From NCBI GenBank assembly GCA_951406725.2, contig OX597832.1:868001-932000 (forward strand): DNA of 64,000 nucleotides, written 5' to 3'. Each line of letters begins with the position of its first letter. The stretch's first letter is position 1. Shown here piece after piece: positions 53,141 to 64,000 of this stretch. The stretch comes from Octopus vulgaris (Eukaryota). Made by a program: the position numbers and the translations under genes. The notes under the pieces are model-generated. The model saw only the letters and a program-made list of their open reading frames with translations, made no database searches and was not told where the DNA came from.

Positions 53141-56117
53141 ATGCCGGACTACAAATCCTACCTCCTCACTATCCACCACCGTTTGAAAGATCACCTCCGC
53201 CCACTCCCTTCAAACTGCTTTCAGCCGTCCATTAATCTCTCTCTGCTTCTTTTTTAAAAAAAACCGCTTCTCTAGCCACGTCTCTTTTCTAAGCCGCTGC
53301 CTACATCACCGACTCATCCCTAAAGGTCTCCGCCTCCGTTTCTACCCTGCTCTCCACTCGGCTTCTTCCATCTTACCCATACTCCGCACCACATCTTACC
53401 GCCTTATGCGGGCCACCATTCGCTCCAATCTCTCTAAACTACATACCATCAACCGCCTTCTCCCTCCTGCTTTCTCCATATTTTTCTCCTCTCTGTCGCC
53501 TTTCTATGCTCCAAACACGCTACGCTTCATTATCCATTTGAATCACCTCTTATCACATTATCCATTTGAATCACCATCAATTTCTTTCCAATACCAAACT
53601 TCGTAAACTCCAATCACTCCTCAATTCCACCACACCCGACGCCACCACCCCAACTCCTCCACTACCCTTCTCCCCTCCTGATAGGCTCCATCCACCCACA
53701 TCTAACCCCACTGCCCCTCCCAACAACCCCTTCTCCCCTCCTGATAGGCTCCATCCACCCACACCTAACCCCACTGCCCCTCCCAACAACCCCACACACA
53801 CCTCCAGAAGCCCTCCCCCTCAGACCTCCACCAGCCCTACCACCCCTCCTACTCCTACTCCCATTCTATCCACCCCTCATACTTCTACTCCACCCACCCC
53901 TTCTCCACTTCCGTCTGTTGTTACCATTCCCCCGATCTTCCCTCTCTGAGGCGGAACGCTCCGTCCTTAGTAGGGGTCTGCGTTTCATCCCCCTCACTCG
54001 ATCCTGTAAGGAATTCCAGACGCGAGCTGATGTCCACAGCTTTGTGCGCCGCGTCCGGTTGGGTGCGTTTTTCCGCGACTCACCACCCGCATCCAACGAT
54101 GAGGACTGCTTCACTGACCTGGGCCGCCGACCATCCCCGTGGACGCCTGCCCCCGTCCAGTTCCTAGCAGTGGATCTTTTCGCGGGCGCCTGTCAGCGTG
54201 CGTTGGAGCGGTTCAACTTCTCCAGGCGCCAACGCCGCCTCAACATCTCCCCGGCCGAGCTCTCGGCTCTTCGTTCCCTCCAACGGCGCGCTGACATTAT
54301 CATCAAACCGGCTGACAAGGGTGGAGCTGTGGTGGTGTGGGGCGCGGACCTCTACAGGGCCGAGGCTCTCCGCCAACTCAATGACACCTCCTTCTACTCC
54401 CCTCTATCCTCTAACCCCACACGTAGCTACCAACAGACGGTATCCTCTACTGTCCACGACCTCATCTCGTCCTCCCGTCTCCCCCACACCGCATCCAACC
54501 TAATTGTGTGAACCCCACGCACCCCCACCATTTACTTCCTCCCAAAAATCCACAAAACCAACGACCCTGGCCGCCCCATCGTCTACGCCTGTAACTGCCC
54601 CACGGAGCTCATCTCTAAATACCTCAATCGTGTCCTTGCCCCCCCTAGTGGCGTCTTTTCCCTCCCACATCCACGATACCAACCATGCTCTCCGGCTTTT
54701 CAACTCTTCCTCCTTTCCTCCCGGCTCCTCCAAAATCCTTTTTACTATGGACATCCAGAGCCTCTATACCGTTATCCCTCACCACGAAGGACTGGGGGCA
54801 CTTCAACACTTTCTCGACCTCCGCCCCAACCCTGAACCTCACACCTCCACACTCATTCGTCTGGCCGAACTTGTCCTTACTCTCAACTGCTTCTCGTTCA
54901 CGGGCGAGTTCTACCATCAGGTCTCGGGAGTGGCCATGGGAACGCGAATGGGCCCCAACTATGCGAACCTGTTCGTTGGCTATGTTGAGGCCCAAATATT
55001 CTCTAATTTCACTGGTCCCACTCCTGAACTATACGGTCGTTACATTGACGACATTATCGGTGCCACCTCACTCTCCCGTGAACATCTAGATTCCTTCCTC
55101 TCTTTCGTTCAATCCTTCCATCCAGCCCTCCACTTCACCTCCACTATCTCCAACACCTCTGTCTCCTTCCTCGACATTTCGGTCAGCATTCTCCACTCCA
55201 CTCTTACCACCTCCATTCACTACAAACACACAGACTCACACTGATACCTCAACTTCTCTTCCTCCCACCCAAAACACACCAAGCTTTCCATCCCCTATTC
55301 CCAATTCCTCCGTCTACGTAGGCTCTGTAGTGACGACCATGACTTTGAGACTCAGTCTCAACGTATGGCTCACCACTTCATCCTACGTGGATACCCTCTC
55401 ACCACTATCCACACCGCCCTTGCCAGAGTGCGTTCCGTAGACCGTGCATCTGCTCTCTCTCCCCGAACCCGCCCTGTAGTCTCCCGCCTCCCTTTTCCCC
55501 TCACTTACCACCCCACGACCAAACCTCTCCAACGCACCATTCTTCGAGCTTTCCGTCATCTCCAGTCCGACCCGTCCATTTCACACCTCTTCCCTAACCG
55601 ACCCCTCCCCTCCTTCAAACGAGCCCATAACCTACGAGACCTTTTGGTCCACAGCTCCTTCCCTGACCCTACCTCCCAACCTGGCTCTTTCCCCTGCTCC
55701 TGCCCACGTTGCCACACTTGCCCTTACCTCTCCAACACCACCCTCCTCACTAGCACCCATCATCGACCCTATCGCATCATCAACTCCTTCACCTGCACCT
55801 CCAGCAATATCATCTATTGCGTCTCTTGCTCTCTCTGCCATTCCCTGTCCATCGGACAAACGGGACGCCGCTTGGCTGACCGGTTCGCGGAACACCTCCG
55901 TGACATCCGCCTTGCCAACGACACACCGGTCTCACGCCATTTCCGCTCCACCGGTCACTCCTTGCAACACCTGTCTGTGTTCGGTTTGTCCTTGCACAGA
56001 GGCCATCCGGATTCCCGTTTGCGCCGTGAACAGGAATTAATCTTCTCTCTTCGCTCTTTTACGCCATTTGGTCTCAACTCTCCCCCTCCTCATCTAACCC
56101 CCTCTCCCCCCTCCTAA
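53141..56117 (+). pseudogene. PLE polyprotein (RT, thumb, Cys linker, GIY-YIG endonuclease) with frameshifts and stops
   Basis: IIKPADKGGAVVVW, LFTMDIQSLYT, GVAMGTRMGPNYANLF, RYIDD, PCSCPRCHTC, NIIYCVSCSLC...IGQTGRRLADRFAEH. TGA stops at about 54509 and 55242 correspond to CGA and TCA in the copy at 1-2343. Confidence 0.93.
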
Positions 56118-56666
56118 TCTAACCTCCCCCCGACCCCTACTTCTCTTCAGTCCTTCATCCTTTCACCCCTACTCCCTTTCCCTGCTCTTCCCTCTTCCCC
56201 TTCTCTCTTTCTCTCTGCTCCCTCACTCCCCTTCTTTCTCCCTCTCCCCCTCTCCCCTCCTCTTCTCCTCTCCTTCCCTCACCCTTTCCCCCTCTTCCTC
56301 TCTCCCACTCTCCCCCTCCCCTCTCTCCCCCTCATCTCTCCCCCTCCTCCCCCTTATCTTCTCCCTCCTCCTCCCATCTCCCCCTCATCTCTTCTCTCTA
56401 CACTACACCATACGACTTTACACATCACATCATATATACATACACACGTCCAGACCTCTCATACGCACTACATACTCTCTCATACACACACACGCTCTTA
56501 TGTTGGGGCGAGGTCATTTAACCCTGTTATCTCCCCTAATTTCGCTCTTGCGTCTCACGTTTGATCTCTGACTTCTGGCCGAAATCAGATCGCCATGTTC
56601 ATTCGCTAGCCTCTGCACGCATTTTTTTTTCTCTCCTTGTTTCTTTCTGTGTTTCTTTTCTGTGTA

Positions 56667-56704
56667 TCTTTCTGTTGAAGAGCGTAGGCTCGAAACGTAA
56701 AAGA
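56667..56704 (+). ncRNA. Minimal variant hammerhead in the 3' pseudo-LTR
   Basis: Identical to 52429-52466. Confidence 0.65.
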
Positions 56705-56801
56705 CTTGTTTTATTTATATTCCTGAGCGCCATACTAATACAATTGTTTGTTTGTATTCCGCCTGCCTTCGTCTTTTGTTTATTTTCATAAAGCTTCCCG
56801 T

Positions 56802-56832
<31 letters not shown>

Positions 56833-56872
56833 GCATATATATATATATATATATACATATATATATACATAC

Positions 56873-56909
<37 letters not shown>

Positions 56910-57005
56910 CATACATATATATATATACATACATACATACCTATATATATACATACATATATATATATACATATATATACATACATATATATATATACAT
57001 ACATA

Positions 57006-57039
<34 letters not shown>

Positions 57040-57128
57040 AATACATACATACATATATATACATACATATACATGCATACATACATATATATATTTACAT
57101 ACATACATACACATACACATACATATAT

Positions 57129-57193
<65 letters not shown>

Positions 57194-57289
57194 CATACAT
57201 ATATATATATATATGTATATATATATATGTATGTATATATATATATATATATACATACATATATATATATACATACATATATATAAACA

Positions 57290-58293
57290 TCTAGATGACC
57301 ACCCTTGATAGCTATGCAGATGACACAAAAGTCTCCCACGCAATACAAAACCCTGAAAATATTGCGCATCTGCAACAGGTGTTGGACACAATATACAGGT
57401 GGGCTGAGGACAACAACATGCAGTTTAATGCAGGTAAGTTCCAGGCCCTGCGCTACTGGCACACAAAGGTAAACGACGTGCAGACTGGATACACTGGCCC
57501 AGGAAGAATTGCAATCCCTGAGTCAAAACCAGTGCGTGACCTGGGCATTGACATGAGCAATGATTCATCTTTCCAAGTGCATATTGCTAATCTGGTGATA
57601 AAATGCAGACGGCTAGCTGGATGGATTCTCCGAACTTTCAGAACAAGAGAGAAGGAGACACTGATGGTCCTATGGAAAACATTCGTCCTCAGCCGCTTGG
57701 ACTACTGCTCCCAACTATGTTCACCACACGATATAAAACTAACAGCAATCCAGAGAAGCTACACAAAGAAAATCGTCTCAATGCAAAATATCAGCTACTG
57801 GGAAAGACTGAAGGTATTAAACCTCTTCTCCCTAGAGCGGAGGCGGGAGAGATATGCGGTGATATACATCTGGAAAATCCTGGAGGGTCTTGTCCCAAAC
57901 TTTGGCATTCAAAGTTACCCCAACCGCAGAACGGGGCGCCACTGCATGGTGCCAAAGATTCCAGCATCACCATCAAAATACAGGTCCAGATACTGCAACA
58001 GCTTGGGTTTCAGAGGACCACAGCTCTTTAACATCCTCCCTAAATGCCTGAGAGACTTACATGGTGTGGATGTGGGTTTCTTTAAAACTAAACTGGATCT
58101 CTTCTTGTCGGGAGTCCCAGATGAACCTACCTCACGACAGGAGACGCAGATGCGGGCAGCAGCATCGAACTCCCTTGCTGATCAAGTGCCACGTATCAGA
58201 GGTGGATTCACATATTAGTGTAGCTCATTCAGCGGTGGTGCCCCAGCATGGCCGCGGCCTTCGGGCTAAAACATTTTTAAGGATTTAAGGATT
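57290..58293 (+). mobile_element. 5'-truncated CR1-group LINE with an open 307-aa C-terminal frame
   Basis: YADDTKV...[10 protein letters not shown]...RDLGI...SRLDYCSQL...SLERRRERY. Tail GGTGGTGCCCCAGCATGGCCGC...(TTTAAGGA)n. Confidence 0.92.
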
Positions 58294-58399
58294 TATATAT
58301 ACATACATATACATATATACATACATACATATATATATATACATACATACATATACATACATATATATATACATACCTATATATATATACATACATAAG

Positions 58400-61300
58400 A
58401 AGTATGTATAAGAAGTGACGTCAGCAACTGGTGTTTGAGAAGGTGTATGGTGTTGTTGTATAGTGATTTGGCGTTGGGGTTTCGAAACCCAGAGGGGAAC
58501 CTGTTAGTAACGTTTTCAAATTATGTCTGTTGTATTTGGTTGTTGTTTTTTTGTTTTTGTTTTATTTTTTTTTTTGGCGTGGGGTGGAAAAATCGAGTGT
58601 TTTCTTTGTTCTAGTGTGTTATTAAAGGATATTAGTTGCGGTTTATATTTTTTAATGAACATACTTTCCCTATTCAATCGGAATTGGGGTGAAGTGTTTC
58701 CGATGCATTGATAGATAGGGAAGATTTGGTATTTCGGGTTTATGTCTGCGGGGCATTGATCTAGATGTTTACTTACGAAGATTTTCCTGGCCGTGGGGTC
58801 CCGGATTTGTTGTCTATGTACTGTCAGTCACAAACAAGTTTGACCTATGCAGTCTCCATCACATACATCATATTTGAGGACATAAATTAAGTTCTTCGGT
58901 GAAGCGATTCTTTATGGTGAAAGTTTGACCTGGTTTAAATTTATGTATTGGGCTCTCTAAGAGGTAAATGCAAGTCCCATAGTTAGAGCGGTTGCATTTT
59001 TTGACTAGTGGGGTTGTATTTATGGTGGGTAATTTGGCGCCGGCAAGTAACCTTTTTAAGGATTGCGGTTGTCTCTTACTTTTAATAATTCTACGAGTTT
59101 TCAGTGCTTTTTTCACTCGCAAGTCGCTCATAAGATGGCGTATGTTCTGATGGATGATGTATGTTTCCATGTTCGGATTGCATGCTGATACTTAAAACAA
59201 AGTTTTGATTAAACTATCCAGGTATTTTCTCTCTAGTGATGTGTTTTTAAGTTCTTAGAGTCGTTTTTCTTGGGTTTCGGGATTTGATGTAATCGTGCAA
59301 ATTCTTCGTGCCAAGTTGAAAGGTATATTGATTTTAGTATGGTTTGAGTAGCAGGAAGAGAATATTGTTTCGAGTCCGTTGGTTTAAAGTAGATGTCCGT
59401 TTCAATTTTAATATCTCTTTTTATGATTAAAATGTCCAGGAAGGGTAGCTGTTTGTGGCTGTATTCCATTGTAAATTGGATACTGTGGTTTATGCTGTTG
59501 ATTAAGTTTTTAAATTCTAAGAGCTGCTCAAGATTAAGCGACCACAGAATGAAACAATCGTCCAGGTAGCGTCTCCAGTAGAGCAAGTATTTTTGGAGGT
59601 TATCTCCAAATTTCAGTCTAGCGTGCTCGTATACTTGGACTTCCAAGTATGCCATGACAAGGTTAACAAAAGCAGGGGCTACCCTCGTTACCATCGCAGC
59701 GCCCGATTTTTATCTGTAGTTGTTCTCGTTGAAGTTGAAGAAGTTGTTCTGAAGGATGAATTTTAATCCTTCAATAATAAGTCCTTTTCCGATTCGGTTA
59801 GGAATGTCATTTGGGGAATTTTTCCAGCCAGAATTCTATGGCTTCTATGCCGTATTCGAGAGGAATCGAGGTGTAGAGGTTTATTACATCGAATGAAACC
59901 AGAAGGGGCCCTTGCTGGTTTTGTTCGGAAGATAGTTTAAAAAGTCCAGGTCATCCCTTACGAAACTCGGTATATGCTGGAGAATAGATTTTAAGAGGAC
60001 GTCAATAAAGTTACCGAGTCTGTGTTTCACAGGAAGGACCAGCCACAATTGGCCTCCTTTTGAGATCTCTTGGGTGTGGAATATTTATGACTAAAGAATT
60101 TGATTTTCTACAGGCTTCGTTTATGGCTTCACTTTCGTGAATTTTGGGAAGTCCATAAAAGTTTCTGGTTTTGCAGTCAAATCTAGTTAAGTAATTTCTC
60201 TCCTTTTCCGCTAAACCTTGTTTGAACAGATGGATAAGAGTAATAAGTTTTGCTATTGTCTTGGATTGACTGTAGTTGTTGATTTTTTTGTAGTAGGTAT
60301 TGTCTTGAAGGAGGATTAGGGTAGTGTTTATTTACTATTCTGAGTCCATGATTACTACAGCACTCCCTTTATCGGTTTCTTTTATAACTATATTATGTTT
60401 CTAATAACTTTTTACAGCAATAACAACAATAATTTACAGCAATGACAACAATAAGCTGACCAAGACCACAAAAATTAAGATTTACCAGGCATGTGTACTT
60501 AGCACTCTAGTGTATGGAAGTGAAACTTGGACGCCATACACACGCCAAGAGCGTCGCCTAAATATTTTTCACCTGCGCTGCCTCCGGAAAATCCTTCGCA
60601 TCAAATGGCAGAATCATGTCCCCAACAAAGATGTCCTCAAGCAAGGAGGAATACCAAGCATATTTTCACTCCTCACACAAAGACGTATGAGATGGCTTGG
60701 GCATGTTAGCCGTATGGAAGATGGCAGAATCCCCAAGGACATACTCTACGGAGAGCTTGCTAGGAGCACTAGGTCTGTGGGAAGACCGTTCTTACGATAC
60801 AAGGATGTTTGCAAAAGGGACATGAAGGCCGGCAACATCAATATTAGCAACTGGGAAGCAGTTGCCAGCAACCGTGGCGATTGGCGACGCACCGTAGAAG
60901 AGGGAACACAAAGGAGTGACCAAAAGAGAGAGGAGAAATGGAAAGACAAGAAAAGACGTCAACAAGAAACTATGACATTACAACCAGCCAGGCAAAGTCT
61001 TCGCTACATTTGCGGCACCTGCCAGAGGGAGTGTTTGTCCAGGATAGGACTACACATCCACAGCAGGAGATGTATTAGGACATGAAATGTAAAAACCGGA
61101 CTAGATTATTTTATGCGCAACTCCATTGTCTCCCGAGACAAAAAGGATGCCAACAATATGATCCTCCTTGAGATCATTAATGATTTCCCATTCTCCTCGG
61201 CTTGTATTTATTTGTTTTTAATTTTCGAGGTGGGAGTAAATTATTGGGATAATTGGATACGAAATCACAAAATTTTCCCAGAGTTTGATTTCTCTCTTTT

Positions 61301-61560
61301 GCCGGACAGCAGTTTATAACAAAGTATTGAGTGATCATTAGTTTCTTTATCAAATAGTTCTTCGGTGACTCAAAGTTTTCTTCAGAATTCCTGAATATCA
61401 TTCTGTATCTCGTTTAAGTTTGATTTTTGTGTATTGGGGTAACGTTCAGTCCTTTTGGTAGAATTTTGATTTATTGGCTTGAAAAGGTTTTACGTGAGAG
61501 ATTTATAATCTTCAGGATCTCACATTTGGTTGGTGCCATCGAGTGTCCCGATTTTATCCC
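58400..61560 (-). mobile_element. Decayed Neptune-like PLE interrupted by an RTE insertion
   Basis: TRVAPAFVNLVM...RRYLDD, LPFLDILI...TDIYFKPTD. ggaagtccataaaa (FYGLPK) at about 60150 and cccctttatcgg-like (DKG) at about 60370. N-terminal part resumes at 61160-61560. Confidence 0.85.
60430..61160 (+). mobile_element. RTE (BovB-like) LINE 3' fragment
   Basis: YGSETWT...FHLRCLRKILRIKWQ...RWLGHVSRMEDGRIPKDILYGEL...GRPFLRYKD, plus a terminal C2H2-like CGTC...HIH. Confidence 0.92.
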
Positions 61561-61651
61561 AGTTTCTATATATAGATATTATTAAAGCCGAGAAAATATT
61601 CACGAACTGTTATCAGAGTTTCACATTACTGTTCACTGGACAGTTGTGACC

Positions 61652-61719
<68 letters not shown>

Positions 61720-61722
<3 letters not shown>

Positions 61723-62627
61723 GAATTAAAAAAGGAAAATACGCATACTTTAATTAGTTTTAATATAATTTTTAATACATCGACCGGTTTCGCTATCGCT
61801 ATTATGTTTTACTTATTTGAATATGTATTTTCTTAAGAAATTTTGTCCATGTTGTGTGCGATTATATTTATGAGTGAATGACTTCACAAGTAGAAAAATA
61901 AGAGAAGGTTATTGGTTATCGTTATTATTGTTATTGTTGTGGGTAAGGGAGATAACTGTTTAGCTTCCGGTAATGGGAGGGGAATATATATGTACTGACA
62001 AAAACAGGTTTCGAAAAACTTGTTTCGTAATCGTGAATTGAAATATGTAAAATGATAAAAGTTGGTTATGCGTGCATATTAAGACGTGTTTTGTATTTTT
62101 CAATGAAAAAAATTTCTTTATTTAAACGTTCTTGTGGAGAGATTGTGTCTTTGCACTGGTAGAAGGGGTAGCCTGTGAAATTTGGTTTGATGTTATCTTC
62201 ACATTTTTCTATATGTTCACTGAGAGGAATTTGCCTGTATTGCGGGAAAAGGATTTGCTCTTTATGTAGAGTGGTTCTCTTTTTCAAGGTCATACTCGTC
62301 TGTCCAATATAGTTGTGTCCGCAACCCGAGCAGGTTATTACATAAATTAGGTTCTCAGAAGTACAAGTGAAACTAGTTTTAATTGTGAACCTTTGTCCTT
62401 GTTTGAAAAGGAAATCCGAGCCTTCAAGTAGGTTGGGGAAAGTCCCACAGTTTGGGCGTCCACATTTTTCGACCGTTGGTTTCGTGGGTGTTTTGTAAAG
62501 CTTCGCATTTGTTAGTAGTCTCTTAAGCGATTTGCCTTACTTTTTACATTTGATGAGTTTGTGTGTTTTCAGGATGTCGTTCATTTTTGGATCTCTAGTT
62601 AGTAAAGGAAGATTTTGCACAATAGTA
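61720..62627 (-). mobile_element. PLE 3' fragment (Cys linker + GIY-YIG + UTR)
   Basis: Minus strand reads KCGRPNCGT, NLIYVITCSGCGHNYIGQT, RTTLHKEQI, PFYQC. Confidence 0.85.
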
Positions 62628-62819
62628 CAATGTCTGGCTGTTTGCTTTATAGTGGCTGGTTCATACCACTTTGTCACGTGAGAAGGAGTGTACCATTTTC
62701 ACTACATCTCCCCTTTTTGTTTTTTTCTTTGGAAAGCAAGTAATTTTATTTTACTTTATTCATCCCTCCCCCCGTCTTAGCGTGTTTTTTCCCCAACTTA
62801 ATATTTTTTCTTTTTGGCG

Positions 62820-64000
62820 TCTATTTGTAGGAACTCTGTGTTCCTTTTCTTCCACTTCTACGCGTGGATTCAATCACTTGTAACGGTGTTAGTACCTGGA
62901 ATGTATCATATAGCCATTCTATAGGTTCTTCCAATCTGTCTGGTTCATTTTCTATGAATCTCTTCTTTAATTGGTTTCTGTATCTTTTGTCAATACCTTT
63001 TCTGCTTTTAATTCCGTACATCATTTTCCTATGTACTTTGTAATTTTGCCTTCTTCCCAGTGTTGTTATCCGTTTTTATACGACCTCTTGTACACCTTAT
63101 CACCAATTCTGAAAAATTTTGGATTGTCTTTCTTGATACTTTTTCTTTCCTCTCCAAGTAACAGTTTATCAAAACCTGATTTCACCTTCCTCGCGAACAT
63201 CAGTTCTGCTGATGAGCGTCTTGCTTGTGTATTGTGGTTTGGTGTCACTCTGTATACCCTTAAGAATTGCTATAGAGTGACTTCATCTGTGATTTCCTTG
63301 TTTGCTTTTCTCTGCCTGTCCCTTTGATTTGGGATGGTAAGGCGCTATCATTTTACTGTTCTACTGTGAACATTTCGCAGAATTTTCTAAATTCACTGGA
63401 CACAAATTGTGTTCCATTATCAGATACAGTCACGTCTAGGATGCCAAATCTTGCGAATAATTCGTGCATAATATTTATTACCGTTGTGGAGGTTGGTCTT
63501 TTGCACTTAACAATTTCTGGCCATTTTGTAAAACTATCAACTACTACTAAATAGTAATAATCATTTAATAGATCCGCAAAATCGATGTGTAATTTTGTCC
63601 ATGGACTTATTACTTCTGCTTTTTTTCTTACCGAACCTTTTTTTTTGTTTTCTTTCGCTGACCACAGAATTTTTTTGCTTCATTAACGCGTGTCGCTTTA
63701 TCTCCTCCGGAGTTATTGGTAACTCTCGTACAATGTTCTACAGTATGTGTTTAATTTCCCCTTCGACTCTTAGAGCTGGTATTACTGTGTCTTCGAATGG
63801 TTCGCCATTTCTGGCTAGACTTGGGTAGGGTTAGGGTTAGAACCTATAGAATGGCTGTATGATACATTCCAGGTACTAACACCGTTATCAACGTGTTCTA
63901 GCTTTTTCGAAGGTAAATATTCCATTGCATAGTCATAGTTTAGTAGTATGGTGCCCCATCGCTGCAACCTGTTTGCTGTATCTACTGGGATTCCTTTCTT
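62820..64000 (-). mobile_element. Ty3/Gypsy pol fragment (RNase H C-terminus + integrase core), decayed
   Basis: KKGIPVDTANRLQRWGTILLNYDY at the window end. WTKLHIDFAD...YLVVVDSFTKWPE...LFARFG...VSDNGTQF at 63600-63400. Confidence 0.9.

Larger units (their letters stand above)
52037..56803 (+). mobile_element. Full-length Neptune-like Penelope element with direct pseudo-LTRs (52037-52565 and about 56283-56803)
   Basis: Near-identical terminal direct repeats, each with an HHR, flank a 5' UTR and an RT + GIY-YIG ORF. Inserted in a (TA/CATA)n tract. Confidence 0.95.

Noticed and set aside
54505-55245. In-frame TGA codons in the PLE ORF as selenocysteine or read-through
   Set aside because: The sister copy at 1-2343 has CGA and TCA at these positions, so they are ordinary nonsense mutations.
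61776-61800. Hammerhead on the minus strand (GC-GAAA-CCGG-UC|GAUGU) downstream of the PLE endonuclease
   Set aside because: Only the 3' half is present. I found no CUGANGA box with matching stems upstream.

Overview
Eukaryotic, AT-rich, repeat-saturated DNA. The SINE, LINE and microsatellite content looks like an Octopus (cephalopod) genome, which is an inference from repeat families I recognise. I can support no intact host gene. The window is a mosaic of Penelope-like elements (PLEs; RT + GIY-YIG), R4/Dong-type, CR1-like and RTE-like LINE fragments, tRNA-derived SINEs, a decayed Tc1/mariner, a Helitron-like 3' end, a Gypsy pol fragment and long (TA)n/(CATA)n/(AAT)n microsatellites. The main hidden signal is a set of hammerhead ribozymes (HHRs) from about six unrelated repeat families, most with non-canonical cores and palindromic stem III loops. 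The standout is a nearly homogeneous 559-bp tandem array (11 full copies plus a partial, 33151-39536, then one inverted copy to 40125). Every unit carries a type I hammerhead inside a long fold-back, which makes it a candidate retrozyme or ribozyme-satellite able to yield about 559-nt monomers or circular RNAs, plausibly mobilised by PLE machinery. A second GC-rich unit of about 360 bp (48974-49796) carries a hammerhead with a compensatory U3-A8 core pair. All ribozyme folds were read by eye and none has been tested for activity.
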